Assembly: GCA_963712275.1 (NCBI GenBank)
Contig: CAVQHD010000001.1
Location: 928,001 to 992,000 of the forward strand
DNA: 64,000 bases
Source of the DNA: an uncultured Rhabdochlamydiaceae bacterium
GTDB taxonomy: Bacteria; Chlamydiota; Chlamydiia; Chlamydiales; Rhabdochlamydiaceae
Direction of reading: 5' to 3'
The notes under the pieces are model-generated. The model ran no database searches, was not told the origin of the DNA, and saw only the letters and a list, made by a program, of their open reading frames with translations. Each line of letters begins with the position of its first letter. The stretch's first letter is position 1. A program made the translations under genes and the position numbers. This document shows positions 49,101 through 58,898 of this stretch, one piece after another.

Positions 49101-51696
49101 GTGCCCTTAAAGCAGGAATATTTTGAGCTAAGTAGCGATCAAAAGGAGGCAGCTCTTCCAAACCATCTGTACATTCATTCAGGCACCGGAAACTGAGCTT
49201 GAGTGTTTCTTCGGGTTGCTGTCGAAGAGGAGGCTCATAAAGGGCTTCGAAGAAAAAGGGGATCGTCTTTGGATTAGACTGAAACAAGATCCCGCATAAA
49301 AAAGTTAAGGTGAGGTGATAGGCAGGATTCTCTCGATATTTTAGAATAAATTCTTTTTGCTGCTCAGGAAGCTGCCTTGCGATGGTGTGAGCAATGAGAA
49401 ATTCTTGAAAGCTGAGATGGAGAAACGCGTAGGAGGAACCTTCCGCTGATTCTTTGAGAAGCCCTGTCGTTAGAAGGTCCTCTCTTGTGTAGGGTGTGTC
49501 TTTCAAAGCTGCTTCGATCGTTTGTCTGGGGATCAGAAGCTCATGGGTGAGAAGCCCTTGGTGGGCAATTTTCCCAAGGAGCAAGAGAATTTCTTGTGGG
49601 TCAGAAAGCTTAAGTTTTTTTGCGTTCCAATGGAGCAGCTGGTCGGTCATCTGCTTGTAGAGGCCTGTTAAGTGAGAGGCAAAGCCCTCTTTCTTTTGTT
49701 CCCAAAGAGAGCAGAGCATCTGGAGCTGGAGGGGAATATGGGCGAGTTCAAAAAGGCTTTTATTTCCTCGGAGCATTTGCAGGAAAGGACGAGGATCTTT
49801 TTTTGTCTTGCCGCGAGAGAAAAAAAGAGCGGCATAGGTTTCAATTTGATCGTCTGAAAATCCAATGTTTTCAACCCGTAGATCGAGGTAAGGATGGAGG
49901 GGCTCTGTTGTTCCAGGACGGGAGGTTAAAAGGATGTTGAGATCTTTTTCGTGAAGGAGCTTAGCAACCACTTCTTTGAGGTGAGGCGCTGTTTCATCAT
50001 ACCCATCGAGGAGGATTAAGCTTCTTTGTCGATTTTGCTGGATCAGGCTCAAAATTTGTTTGATCTCTACTTCACCTTTAAAAATCAATTGAGAGAGCGC
50101 TTCTGCAAGAAAGAGGTCGAGGTTATCTGTAGGCAACTCTTTTGAGTTTAGCTCTCTTAAAGGGAGCCAGTAAATGACGTCAAATAGATCATTCCAAAGT
50201 CGTCCTGAGGCCCAGTCGTGAGCAATCTTTTGGCAGAGGGTGCTCTTGCCGATGCCTGCGCGTCCGATAAGTAGGGTCTTTGCAGGTTTTTTTCCTTGAA
50301 TGGGGTCAAAGAGCTCTTCTAATTTTAAGAAGCGTGCTCCAGAGCCCAGATGAATCCAGCTGTCGATGGAAGAGTCTGTCTCAAACTGGTCTGGGCGAGT
50401 GCGAGTCTGGAGGCTGCCAAAAGGGGAATCTGTCTCTTCTTCTTTTTCTTCTTTGACAATACGGAGGTTTGTAAAAAGCTCTCGAATTGGAAACCGTTCA
50501 TCGGCCATCGGAAGCGTCAGCTCGCCCCATTTGTCGATATAATGGACGCGGATAAGCAGATCAGGATGGGATTCTTTAAATCGCCTTAGGTCATTCAAAT
50601 AGATCCCCTGCTGCTGTTTCATCCACGTTTGCATCTGGGTTCCTAGGACTTCAGTGACTCCTTCAGGGATGAGCTCTGTTTCGCTCCTGTTAAAAGCTCC
50701 TTCGCGATAAAAGAGAAAGTGGAGAATCTCTTTTAAATGAAGGTAGCGGGTGCAGTTAAAAAGGGTTGCTAAGAACTCTTCTTGCTGGGAAGGAGTGAGC
50801 GCTGTCCAATGGATGAGAGTTTCTTGGTTTTGAGTGGAGGTTTGAAGATCTCGCAGGTCGTTTAGGTGCCGGTCAGGGTGTCCGAGATTTTGCTGAGTAT
50901 TGATGACCCAATTCATCGAGACCCTTTCTTCAGGATCTTTGATAAATTTAAATGCCTCTCCAGGGTCTATTTTGACAGCTTGAGCTGCTTGAATTCCTTG
51001 AACATCCTCAACCCAAATAAAGCCGGCGTTTCCTCCTGTTCCTCCTAAGACGTCTGGATCTGCAACCCATCGACCTACGCCGATTAAACTCATCGTTCCT
51101 TTCAAAGGAACGGATTTGCCTTCAGGGGTGAGAAGGGTTTCGGGGGGACGGTGGTACTTTTTGATGTACGCCATAAAAGCGATGGGATGACCTTCATCGC
51201 TGGTTTGGGCTTTTTCAAAGTCGTGATACCCTTCCATATAACGAGCCATGATTCTCAAAGAGTCTTGGATGCCTTGGCTGACCCATGCCACTGCAAGTCC
51301 ATGGGTGAGGGTAAATTGATCCATGATGGGTTGTTTAGATAAGCGGGTTTTAGGGACGAGAAAAAAACCTCGGCCGAGTTCTTGATAGAGATCGTAGGCG
51401 AGTTTTTCTCGGATGGTGTCGGAGTTGATTTCTTTCTTGGTACGAGTTCGAACGGTGGCTAGGTCATTACGGAAAAAGCCCGTCGGCAGGCCGACTTTTC
51501 CGATCCATTTATGCTGGGATTTCTCAAAGATGGTTCCAAGGGCTGTTCCACCGACTTTTTCTGCTACCGCTGCGAAGTGAAGCTCTCGACTGTTTTTCCC
51601 TGTATAGATACAGAAGATTTGGGGTTGGTAGGTTTTGATGCCCAAGATGGTGATGGGCTCTAGGTTCACAAAAAAGGATTTGGGGGTGATCGCCAT
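46150..51696 (-). CDS. NLR-like protein: atypical kinase-like N-domain + NACHT + 26 ankyrin repeats + CaaX
   Basis: Walker A GRAGIGKST, Walker B LILLDGYDE, winged-helix FLHLSFQEF; N-domain EKLAYDLY..VPKT, DPDVLGGTGGN and VKIDPG; ends CTLS*. ATG 51696 (ORF track starts at TTG 51702). Confidence 0.88.
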   Translation of the reverse strand: MAITPKSFFVNLEPITILGIKTYQPQIFCIYTGKNSRELHFAAVAEKVGGTALGTIFEKSQHKWIGKVGLPTGFFRNDLATVRTRTKKEINSDTIREKLAYDLYQELGRGFFLVPKTRLSKQPIMDQFTLTHGLAVAWVSQGIQDSLRIMARYMEGYHDFEKAQTSDEGHPIAFMAYIKKYHRPPETLLTPEGKSVPLKGTMSLIGVGRWVADPDVLGGTGGNAGFIWVEDVQGIQAAQAVKIDPGEAFKFIKDPEERVSMNWVINTQQNLGHPDRHLNDLRDLQTSTQNQETLIHWTALTPSQQEEFLATLFNCTRYLHLKEILHFLFYREGAFNRSETELIPEGVTEVLGTQMQTWMKQQQGIYLNDLRRFKESHPDLLIRVHYIDKWGELTLPMADERFPIRELFTNLRIVKEEKEEETDSPFGSLQTRTRPDQFETDSSIDSWIHLGSGARFLKLEELFDPIQGKKPAKTLLIGRAGIGKSTLCQKIAHDWASGRLWNDLFDVIYWLPLRELNSKELPTDNLDLFLAEALSQLIFKGEVEIKQILSLIQQNRQRSLILLDGYDETAPHLKEVVAKLLHEKDLNILLTSRPGTTEPLHPYLDLRVENIGFSDDQIETYAALFFSRGKTKKDPRPFLQMLRGNKSLFELAHIPLQLQMLCSLWEQKKEGFASHLTGLYKQMTDQLLHWNAKKLKLSDPQEILLLLGKIAHQGLLTHELLIPRQTIEAALKDTPYTREDLLTTGLLKESAEGSSYAFLHLSFQEFLIAHTIARQLPEQQKEFILKYRENPAYHLTLTFLCGILFQSNPKTIPFFFEALYEPPLRQQPEETLKLSFRCLNECTDGLEELPPFDRYLAQNIPALRALVEDTDFYKQTHALKYLYAKNPSLMLQADKRGFFPFFWTCFVGNLELAKWLHEKDPSLLGKFSKDGWTPLHAAAEEGHVPMAQWLCSQDPSLLGKFMQDGLTPLHAAALKGHVPMAQWLCSQDPSLLGKFRQDGWTPLHSAALKGHVPMAQWLCSQDPSLLGKFKQDGWTPLHAAAQKGHVPMAQWLCSQDPSLLGKFMQDGWTPLYAAAQKGHVPMAQWLCSQDPSLLGKFRQDGVTPLHAAAQEGHVPMAQWLCSQDPSLLGKFKQDGWTPLHAAALKGHVPMAQWLCSQDPSLLGKFKQDGWTPLHAAAQEGHVPMAQWLCSQDPSLLGKFRQGGWTPLHSAAQEGHVPMAQWLCSQDPSLLGKFRQDGWTPLHAAAAGGHLPMAQWLCSQDPSLLGKFKQDGFTPLHSAALKGHVPMAQWLCSQDPSLLGKFKQDGVTPLHAAAQEGHVPMAQWLCSQDPSLLGKFMQDGWTPLHSAALKGHVPMAQWLCSQDPSLLGKFRQDGWTPLHAAAQKGHVPMAQWLCSQDPSLLGKFRQDGWTPLHVAALKGHVPMAQWLCSQDPSLLGKFMQDGWTPLYAAAQKGHVPMAQWLCSQDPSLLGKFRQGGWTPLHSAAQEGHVPMAQWLCSQDPSLLGKFMQDGQTPLHSAAQEGHVPMAQWLCSQDPSLLGKFRQGGWTPLHSAAQEGHVPMAQWLCSQDPSLLGKFMQDGQTPLHSAAQEGHVPMAQWLCSQDPSLLGKFRQDGFTPLHVAALKGHLPMAQWLCSQDPSLLGKFRQDGVTPLHSAAQEGHVPMAQWLCSQDPSLLGKFMQDGQTPLHSAAQEGHVPMAQWLCSQDPSLLGKFRQDGVTPLHAAAQEGHVPMAQWLCSQDPSLLGKFKQDGATPLHSAAQEGHVPMAQWLCSQDPSLLGKFRQDGWTPLHAAAAGGHLPMAQWLCSQDPHQPFVRVNKEPPFMVATRYRQNEVANWLRENFPKGTKDSCTLS
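46280..48920 (-). repeat. 26 tandem 102-bp ankyrin-coding repeats
   Basis: Unit FxQDGxTPLHxAAxxGHVPMAQWLCSQDPSLLGK, counted from the translation. Confidence 0.95.
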
Positions 51697-51840
51697 ACTC
51701 AATTTCCTCCTAATTCAATTGGGCCTGCACTGAAATAAGAAAATTTTGATCTAAGGATAGAAAAGAGTCAACAAAGAATTTGCAGTGAAAATTAAACTTG
51801 GGCTAAAATGACTCCTTCCAAATTAAAAAGGAGACTGACA

Positions 51841-52899
51841 ATGGCAACTCTTTCAAACCTGCTTAGCGTGGTGACAAGTGCAGCGACAATAGGACTGACA
51901 TACTTTAATTTAAGAAGACTCTATGGAAAATGGAGTCAATTGCAAGACGATCCGCAGGCTTCAACTGCGGAAAAAACACAGGTGATTGTTGACTCTGCGA
52001 TGAATGCCACCGCGCTTGTCGGCAATGTCGCCTCTTTGGTGAGCATAGGCTATGAAATCGGCTATCAGGCTCGCAAAGCAGAAATGGATCAAATCCAAAA
52101 AGAGTGGATTGCTGAGTGTAAAGAAACGTCAAGGAATGGAGTGTACTGCGATCATAATTGGGGTGGAGCTCAAAAGGCCTATTTAGGAATTGAAAAAAAT
52201 CTGCTCAATTATCAGCGGGCAAATTTCGTGTTGACATGTTCAAATACCGTTTTATTAGCTTCACAGGTTGGAACCCATCTCATGAATCATGGGGTTAATG
52301 AAGAACGCATCGTTTTAACCAAGATCCTATTACGCGGAGGTTCTGTGGTTTATGCGAGTCATCTACGAGCAAATTGCGGTCGGAGCATTGAAACGGATAA
52401 AAAGAACAATCTCTCTGTGCAGCTTATTAATTTGACAATGACCGGAGTCGATTTAAAGGATGAATATGATCTGTTCTTAAAAGAGCTGGAACACGTCCCC
52501 ATGACCATCGATCGTAAGGTGTATACTCCATATCAGCTACCTGCTTCTCCTAATGATGAAAGCTTAAAATATTCTTTAATTCCTGATGGGTTTCATGATG
52601 AAAGGTTTTTTGAGCGTAATATTTGCAGATTTTCACAAGCGCCGATTGCTCAGCCTCTTTTTGTCATCGTCGATAAAAATTTCCCTCGTATATATGAGAA
52701 ACAGCAGTTAGTGAAATACATGTTTATGAGAAAAGAAGAGGGACGACCCTATCGAATTCCTGAAACAAATCAGATTTTTACTGAAAATCAAGTTTATGAA
52801 TGCCTCGCTTTAACAGTGCAATTTAAGGATGTATTAATCCAACTGCAGCAAGAGCAATTGGAAAGATTGAGTGCCCAATTGCAAGCTGTGAGAGTATGA
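51841..52899 (+). CDS. Membrane protein with C-terminal U-box/RING-like domain (putative E3 ligase)
   Basis: NICRFSQAPIAQPLFV...IYEKQQLVKYM...IPETNQIFTENQVYECLAL follows U-box spacing; AGGAG RBS before ATG 51841. Confidence 0.55.
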   Translation: MATLSNLLSVVTSAATIGLTYFNLRRLYGKWSQLQDDPQASTAEKTQVIVDSAMNATALVGNVASLVSIGYEIGYQARKAEMDQIQKEWIAECKETSRNGVYCDHNWGGAQKAYLGIEKNLLNYQRANFVLTCSNTVLLASQVGTHLMNHGVNEERIVLTKILLRGGSVVYASHLRANCGRSIETDKKNNLSVQLINLTMTGVDLKDEYDLFLKELEHVPMTIDRKVYTPYQLPASPNDESLKYSLIPDGFHDERFFERNICRFSQAPIAQPLFVIVDKNFPRIYEKQQLVKYMFMRKEEGRPYRIPETNQIFTENQVYECLALTVQFKDVLIQLQQEQLERLSAQLQAVRV

Positions 52900-53555
52900 G
52901 TATGACCATTGACAGCCTCCGCAATCCATTCATTGGTTATTTGGTTGCAAAGGGGATTCAAATCACGATGGAAGAGTTATTCCCTCCATTAAGAGAGCCC
53001 GAACGATGGGAAATGAAACATGGCCGGACTTATGTCCCAGGCCTGGCTCGTCCGCCTTACGGTGTTAAACTGCCCAGTCGCTATGAATCTTGCCCGGGGC
53101 TTTATTGCGAGAAGCGAAAAAAAATCCGCCTATGGTATGATCTGACTTTTAAGTGGAAGACTAGATCGGAGTTTTACGTCATTCTTGGAAGCACGTTTCC
53201 TATTTCGACATTTTTAATTATTTATCATCGGCAAGACCCAGCTTTTTTAAAAGATCCTTTAATCATGAAGATGCTCTTTTATACCATAATAACGTTAGGC
53301 ATCCACATGCTTCAACGGGGGGCTTATCTTCTAACGAAAAGTTGTATCTGTCCTTTTCTGCCGGTCGTCATTCAAAATATTGTCAACAGAGTTCTAAAAG
53401 TTGTAGAGCCTGCAAAAGTCATTTTTGAAGGGGAGCTGGAAAAAAGCGATGGAGAGCCGGTTATTGATTTCTACATTGAACCTGAAGGCGAGCTTAGCTT
53501 TGGATACCATTGGGAAGACAGAACGCGGCATCCTGATTGGGAACCCGCATGGTAA
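52896..53555 (+). CDS. Hypothetical two-TM protein (copy 1)
   Basis: ATGA overlap with the upstream gene; a paralog lies at 58953. Confidence 0.75.
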   Translation: MSMTIDSLRNPFIGYLVAKGIQITMEELFPPLREPERWEMKHGRTYVPGLARPPYGVKLPSRYESCPGLYCEKRKKIRLWYDLTFKWKTRSEFYVILGSTFPISTFLIIYHRQDPAFLKDPLIMKMLFYTIITLGIHMLQRGAYLLTKSCICPFLPVVIQNIVNRVLKVVEPAKVIFEGELEKSDGEPVIDFYIEPEGELSFGYHWEDRTRHPDWEPAW

Positions 53556-53572
53556 TTTTTTGATTACCACAG

Positions 53573-53676
53573 AATCGATGAAAATCTCCAACCCTACTCG
53601 CCGGGGCATCATGCGATTTTTTGTGACGCATCCCCCTCTTGAGGTCAGAATTGAGAAGCTGAAACAGCTCGGATAA
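53573..53676 (+). pseudogene. Duplicated 3' end of htpX (duplication junction)
   Basis: SMKISNPTRRGIMRFFVTHPPLEVRIEKLKQLG* matches 46014-46117. Confidence 0.92.
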
Positions 53677-55288
53677 CACTCCTCGTTTGTAGTATACCTC
53701 AATTCTATTCTTAGGACAAAGAGCAGGAGCCTTGACTGCCTTCTGGAAAATGCTCTCGCAGCCAATTTGCTATTTCAAAGCGATCGTTTTTCGTGGCTGT
53801 CATGAAGGGAGTTTCTCTTGACCAACTTAACCTTGCAAGAGGTTGATGAGGGTCCTGAGAGCAGAGCCACTGAGCCATCAGCAGATGGCCTCCTGCAGCA
53901 GCAGAATGAAGAGGAGTCTGGCCGTTCTGCCTAAACTTCCCCAGGAGAGAAGGATCTTGAGAGCAGAGCCACTGAGCCATCGGCACATGGCCTTCTGCAG
54001 CAGCAGAATGAAGAGGAGTCCAGCCGTCCTTACTAAACTTCCCAAGGAGAGAAGGATCTTGGGAGCAGAGCCACTGAGCCATCGGCACATGGCCTCCATA
54101 AGCAGCAGAATGAAGAGGGGTCCCGCCGTCCTGCATAAACTTCCCGAGGAGAGAGGGGTCTTGAGAGCAGAGCCACTGAGCCATCGGCACATGGCCTCCT
54201 TCAGCAGCAGCAGAATGAAGAGGAGTCCAGCCGTCCTTACTAAACTTCCCAAGGAGAGAAGGATCTTGGGAGCAGAGCCACTGAGCCATCGGCACATGGC
54301 CTCCATAAGCAGCAGAATGAAGAGGGGTCCCGCCGTCCTGCATAAACTTCCCGAGGAGAGAGGGGTCTTGAGAGCAGAGCCACTGAGCCATCGGCACATG
54401 GCCTCCTTCAGCAGCAGCATGAAGAGGAGTCCAGCCGTCCTGCATAAACTTCCCCAGGAGAGAAGGATCTTGAGAGCAGAGCCACTGCGCCATCGGCACA
54501 TGGCCTTTTTCAGCAGCAACATGAAGAGGAGTCACGCCGTCCTGCCTAAACTTCCCGAGGAGAGAAGGATCTTGAGAGCAGAGCCACTGCGCCATCGGCA
54601 CATGGCCTTCTAGAGCAGCAGAATGAAGAGGAGTCCAGCCGTCCTTATTAAACTTCCCCAGGAGAGAAGGGTCTTTTTCATGAAGCCACTTTGCTAATTC
54701 AAGATTTCCTACAAAACATGTCCAAAAAAAGGGAAAGAACCCGCGTTTATCTGCCTGGAGCATGAGGCTTGGGTTTTTGGTATAAAGATATTTCAGCGCA
54801 TGGGTTTGTTTGTAAAAATCAGTATCTTCAACAAGGATCTCTAAAGCAGGAATGTTTTGAGCTAAGTAGCGATTGAAGGGCGGTAGCTCTTCTAACCCAT
54901 CTGTGCATTCATTTAGGCACCGGAAACTAAGCTTGAGTATTTCTTTGGGTCGTTGTCGAAGAGGAGGCTCATAAAGGGCTTCAAAGAAAAAGGGGATCGA
55001 CTTCGGATTAGATTGAAACAAGATTCCGCATAAAAAGGTTAAGGTGAGGTGATAGGAAGGGTTATTCCGGTATTTTAGAATAAACTTTTTTTGCTGCTCA
55101 GGAGATTGGCTTGCGATGGTATGAGCAATGAGATATTCTTGGAAGCTGAGATGGAGAAACGCATAGGAGGAACCTTCCGCTGATTCTTTGAGAAGACCTG
55201 TCGCTAGAAGGTCTTCTTTTGTGTAGGGTGTGCCTTTCAAAGCTGCTTCGATCATTTGTTTGGGGATCAGAAGCTCATGGGTGAGAAG

Positions 55289-56603
55289 CAGGGCCTTCTG
55301 ATGAAAAAGTTTTGACAGATTACCTCACAAATATCTTGCCTAAAATTCCTCTGAGATATTTCGGCTCATAAGTGCAACATTTTCGAGCAGTAGAGAATCC
55401 TCGGTCGGGGTCTATTGCTTTGATTATATTCATAGAAAGACGCCTAAAAAAAGCCATGTTTTCAGCTATGAACCCAGCTTTTGCTTGAGCATCGTCTTCC
55501 TTGAAGATTACATCCAAGACCCAATGCAAAGGATTTTCAATTGACCAATGACCTCGGGTCCATCCTGCAAATTCCTTTGCGGTGCCTTTTCGGCTTGAGA
55601 AGTAATATCGGATTTCGGAAGTCTTTTTACTATTTATCTCCCTTTCAGAGACTACTTCAACGATGGCCTTTAAGGCAGGCCAGGTTGCCGTTTGCGGCAA
55701 CCAGTCCAATACTGTACATACGCATATCGATCGTTGTTCGATTCTACCGTGACCTTTTTCTGGAGAAGGAAGATACCTTTCCACTTCGACTTCTTCATAT
55801 TCGGCTTCTCGAGCCTGATCGAAAAAATTCTGTGCTTCAGCATGGAAATTCCCCTGGTTTCCCTTGAGTCCAATCAGATAATCAGCTCCATGATTTAAAA
55901 ACTTTTGTGCACTTGCAACATGAGCAAAAAGGGCATCTGTCGAGATCAGGGCGCCATTTACATCTACGTCTTTCAACAAAGCATCAATTACTCTTGGCTC
56001 TGACGACTTATCTGGCACTTTTTCCTGGGCCAGTACAAGCCTTTGTTCGGCTGCAAATAACTCGACAAGGTGAACGAGACTGTCTGTCGTAGAGACCCCC
56101 TTCAGACGTTTGCCGTCGATGACAAGTAGTTGGTCTTGTAATTGCTGAGGAATGTTCGCAAACCACTTTTTTAGCAATTGCTTAAAAACCCCTGGGGATA
56201 ACCTTGCAAGAAGCCACCAGAGTGTATCATAGGAGGGCGCTGGGAAAGTCCGATTGACTGACTTGTTGATCCATTCAATATTGAGCTCGGCATAGACGGC
56301 AAGATCGGCCACAGTATCAGCTCCACTGAGATATCCGCTAAGAATGACCAACATCAAAAACCAAAACGGGTATTGGATCTTGGAAAGCTGCCTTGGGTCA
56401 TCCGTATCTGGGAAAGCTCCTTGGACGGAGCCTGCAAATTGTTCTATATCAATGTCTTGTTTTAGTTCAGAAAATCGTGGGTCTCTGGTTTTTCGACTGG
56501 GCATATTCACTCTCCTATATCGGAGAGATGAAAACAAAAGACTTTGATTTATAGCCAAGAAAATTTTACGCGACTGTCAAAACTTTTTCATCAGAAGGCC
56601 CTG
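55289..56603 (-). mobile_element. ISAs1 family insertion sequence
   Basis: Perfect 30-bp TIRs CAGGGCCTTCTGATGAAAAAGTTTTGACAG; 9-bp TSD GGTGAGAAG (55280-88 and 56604-12). Confidence 0.96.
55320..56504 (-). CDS. ISAs1 family transposase
   Basis: DPRQ, PSYDT, IDGKRLKG, GLKGNQ, EKGHGRIE and RGHWSIENPLHWVLDVIFKED; start 56504 or 56558. Confidence 0.95.
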   Translation of the reverse strand: MPSRKTRDPRFSELKQDIDIEQFAGSVQGAFPDTDDPRQLSKIQYPFWFLMLVILSGYLSGADTVADLAVYAELNIEWINKSVNRTFPAPSYDTLWWLLARLSPGVFKQLLKKWFANIPQQLQDQLLVIDGKRLKGVSTTDSLVHLVELFAAEQRLVLAQEKVPDKSSEPRVIDALLKDVDVNGALISTDALFAHVASAQKFLNHGADYLIGLKGNQGNFHAEAQNFFDQAREAEYEEVEVERYLPSPEKGHGRIEQRSICVCTVLDWLPQTATWPALKAIVEVVSEREINSKKTSEIRYYFSSRKGTAKEFAGWTRGHWSIENPLHWVLDVIFKEDDAQAKAGFIAENMAFFRRLSMNIIKAIDPDRGFSTARKCCTYEPKYLRGILGKIFVR

Positions 56604-58898
56604 GGTGAGAAGCCCTTGATGGGCAATCTTTCCTAAGAGCAGAAGAATCTCTTGTGGGTCAGAAAGCTTAAATTTCTTTGCATTCCAACGGAGCAGCTGG
56701 TCGGTCATCTGCTTGTAGAGGCCTGTTAAATGAGAGGCAAATCCTTCTTTCTTTTGTTCCCAAAGAGAGCAGAGCATCTGAAGCTGGAGAGGAATATGAG
56801 CGAGCTCAAAAAGGCTTTTATTTGCTCGAAGCATTTGCAGGAAAGGACGCGGGTCTTTTTTTGCCTTGCTACGAGAGAAAAAATGGGTGGCATAAGTTTC
56901 AATTTGATCGTCTGAAAATCCAATGTTTTCAACCCGTAGATCGAGGTAAGGATGAAGAGTCTCTGTTGTTCCAGGACGGGAGGTTAAGAGGATTTTGAGA
57001 TCTTTTTCCTGAAGGAGCTTAGCAACCACATCTTTAAGGTGAGGCGCTGTTTCATCATGCCCGTCGAGGAGGATTAAGCTTCTTTGTCGATTTTGCTGGA
57101 TGAAGTCCAAAATTTGTTTAATCTCTACTTCACCTTTAAAAATCAATTGAGAAAGGGCCTCTGCAAGAAAGAGATCAAGGTTATCTGTAGACAACTCTTT
57201 TGCATTTAACTCTCTTAAAGGGAGCCAGTAAATGACGTCAAATTGATCGTTCCAAAGCCGTCCGGAGGCCCAATCGTGGGCAATCTTTTGACAGAGAGTG
57301 CTCTTGCCGATGCCTGCGCGTCCGATGAGTAAGAGCTTTGCAGGTTTTTTCCCTTGAATGGGGTCAAAGAGCTCTTCCAATTTTAAGAAGCGTGTTCCAG
57401 AGCCAAGATGGATCCAGCTGTCGATGGAAGAGTCTGTTTCAAGCTGATCAGAACGAGCTTGGACTTCGAAGGTTCCAAGAGGAGAATCCATTTCCTCTTC
57501 TTTTTCTTCTTTCACAATGCGGAGGTTTGTAAAAAGCTCTCGAATGGGAAACCGTTCATCGGCCATTGGAAGCGTCAGCTCACCCCATTTGTCGATGTAA
57601 TGAACGCGGATGAGCTGATCAGGATGGGATTCTTTAAATTGTCTTAGGTCATCTAAATAGATCCCTTGCTGCTGTTTCATCCATGCTTGCATCTGGGTTT
57701 CTAGGGTCTCAGCAATTACTTCAGGAATGAGCTCTGTTTCGCTCCGGTTAAAAGCTCCTTCGCGATAAAAGAGAAAGTGAAGAACCTCTTTTGAATGAAG
57801 ATAGCGGATGCAATTAAAGAGGGTTGCTAAGAACTCTTCTTGCTGGGAAGGAGTGAGCGCTGTCCAATGGATGAGGGTTTCTTGGTTTTGAGTGGAGGTT
57901 TGAAGGTCTCGTAGATCGTTTAGGTGCCGGTCAGGGTGTCCAAGATTTTGCTGAGTATTGATGACCCAATTCATCGAGACCCTTTCTTCAGGGTCTTTGA
58001 TAAATTTAAACGACTCTCCTGGGTCTATTTTGACAGCTTGAGCCGCTTGAATTCCTTGAGCATCCTCAGCCCAAATAAAGCCGGCGTTTCCTCCGGTTCC
58101 TCCTAAGACGTCTGCATCTGCAAGACATCGACCTACGGCGATTAAGCTCATCATTCCCTTCAAAGGAACGGATTTGCCTTCAGGGGTGAGAAGGGTTTCA
58201 GGGGGACGGTGGTACTTTTTGATGTACGCCATAAAAGCGATGGGATGACCTTCATCGCTGGTTTGGGCTTTTGCAAAGTCGTGATACCCTTCCATATAAC
58301 GAGCCATGATTCTCAAAGAGTCTTGGATGCCTTGGCTGATCCATGCAACTGCAAGCCCATGGGTAAGGGTAAATTGATCCATGATGGACTGTTTAGATAA
58401 GCGGGTTTTAGGGACAAGAAAAAGACCTCGGCCGAGTTCTTGATAGAGATCGTAGGCGAGTTTTTCGCTGATGGTGTTGGAGTTGATTTCTTTCTTGGTG
58501 CGACTTCGAACGGTGGCTGGGTCATTGCGGAAAAAGCCGGTTGGCATGCCTACTTTTCCGATCCATTTATGCTGGGATTTTTCAAAAATAGTTCCAAGGG
58601 CTGTTCCACCGACCTTTTCTGCTACAGCCACGAAATGAAGCTCTCGATCATTTTTTCCTGTATAGATGCGGAAGATTTGTGGTTGGTAGGTTTTGATGCC
58701 CAAGATGGTGATGGGCTCTAGGTTCACAAAAAAGGGTTTAGGGGTGATCGCCATACTCAATTTCCTCCTAATTCAATTGGTCTTGCACTGAAATAAGAAA
58801 ATTTTGATCTAAGGTTAGAAAAGAGTCAACAAAGAATTTGCAGTAAAAATTAAACTTGGACTAAAATCATTCTTTCCAAATTAAAAAGGAGGCTGACA

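Larger units (their letters stand above)
53711..58754 (-). pseudogene. Second kinase-like/NACHT/ankyrin (8 repeats)/CaaX gene, split by ISAs1
   Basis: ORFs 56577-58760 and 53711-55255 are the 5' and 3' halves of a paralog of 46150-51696; ends CSLS*. Confidence 0.92.
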
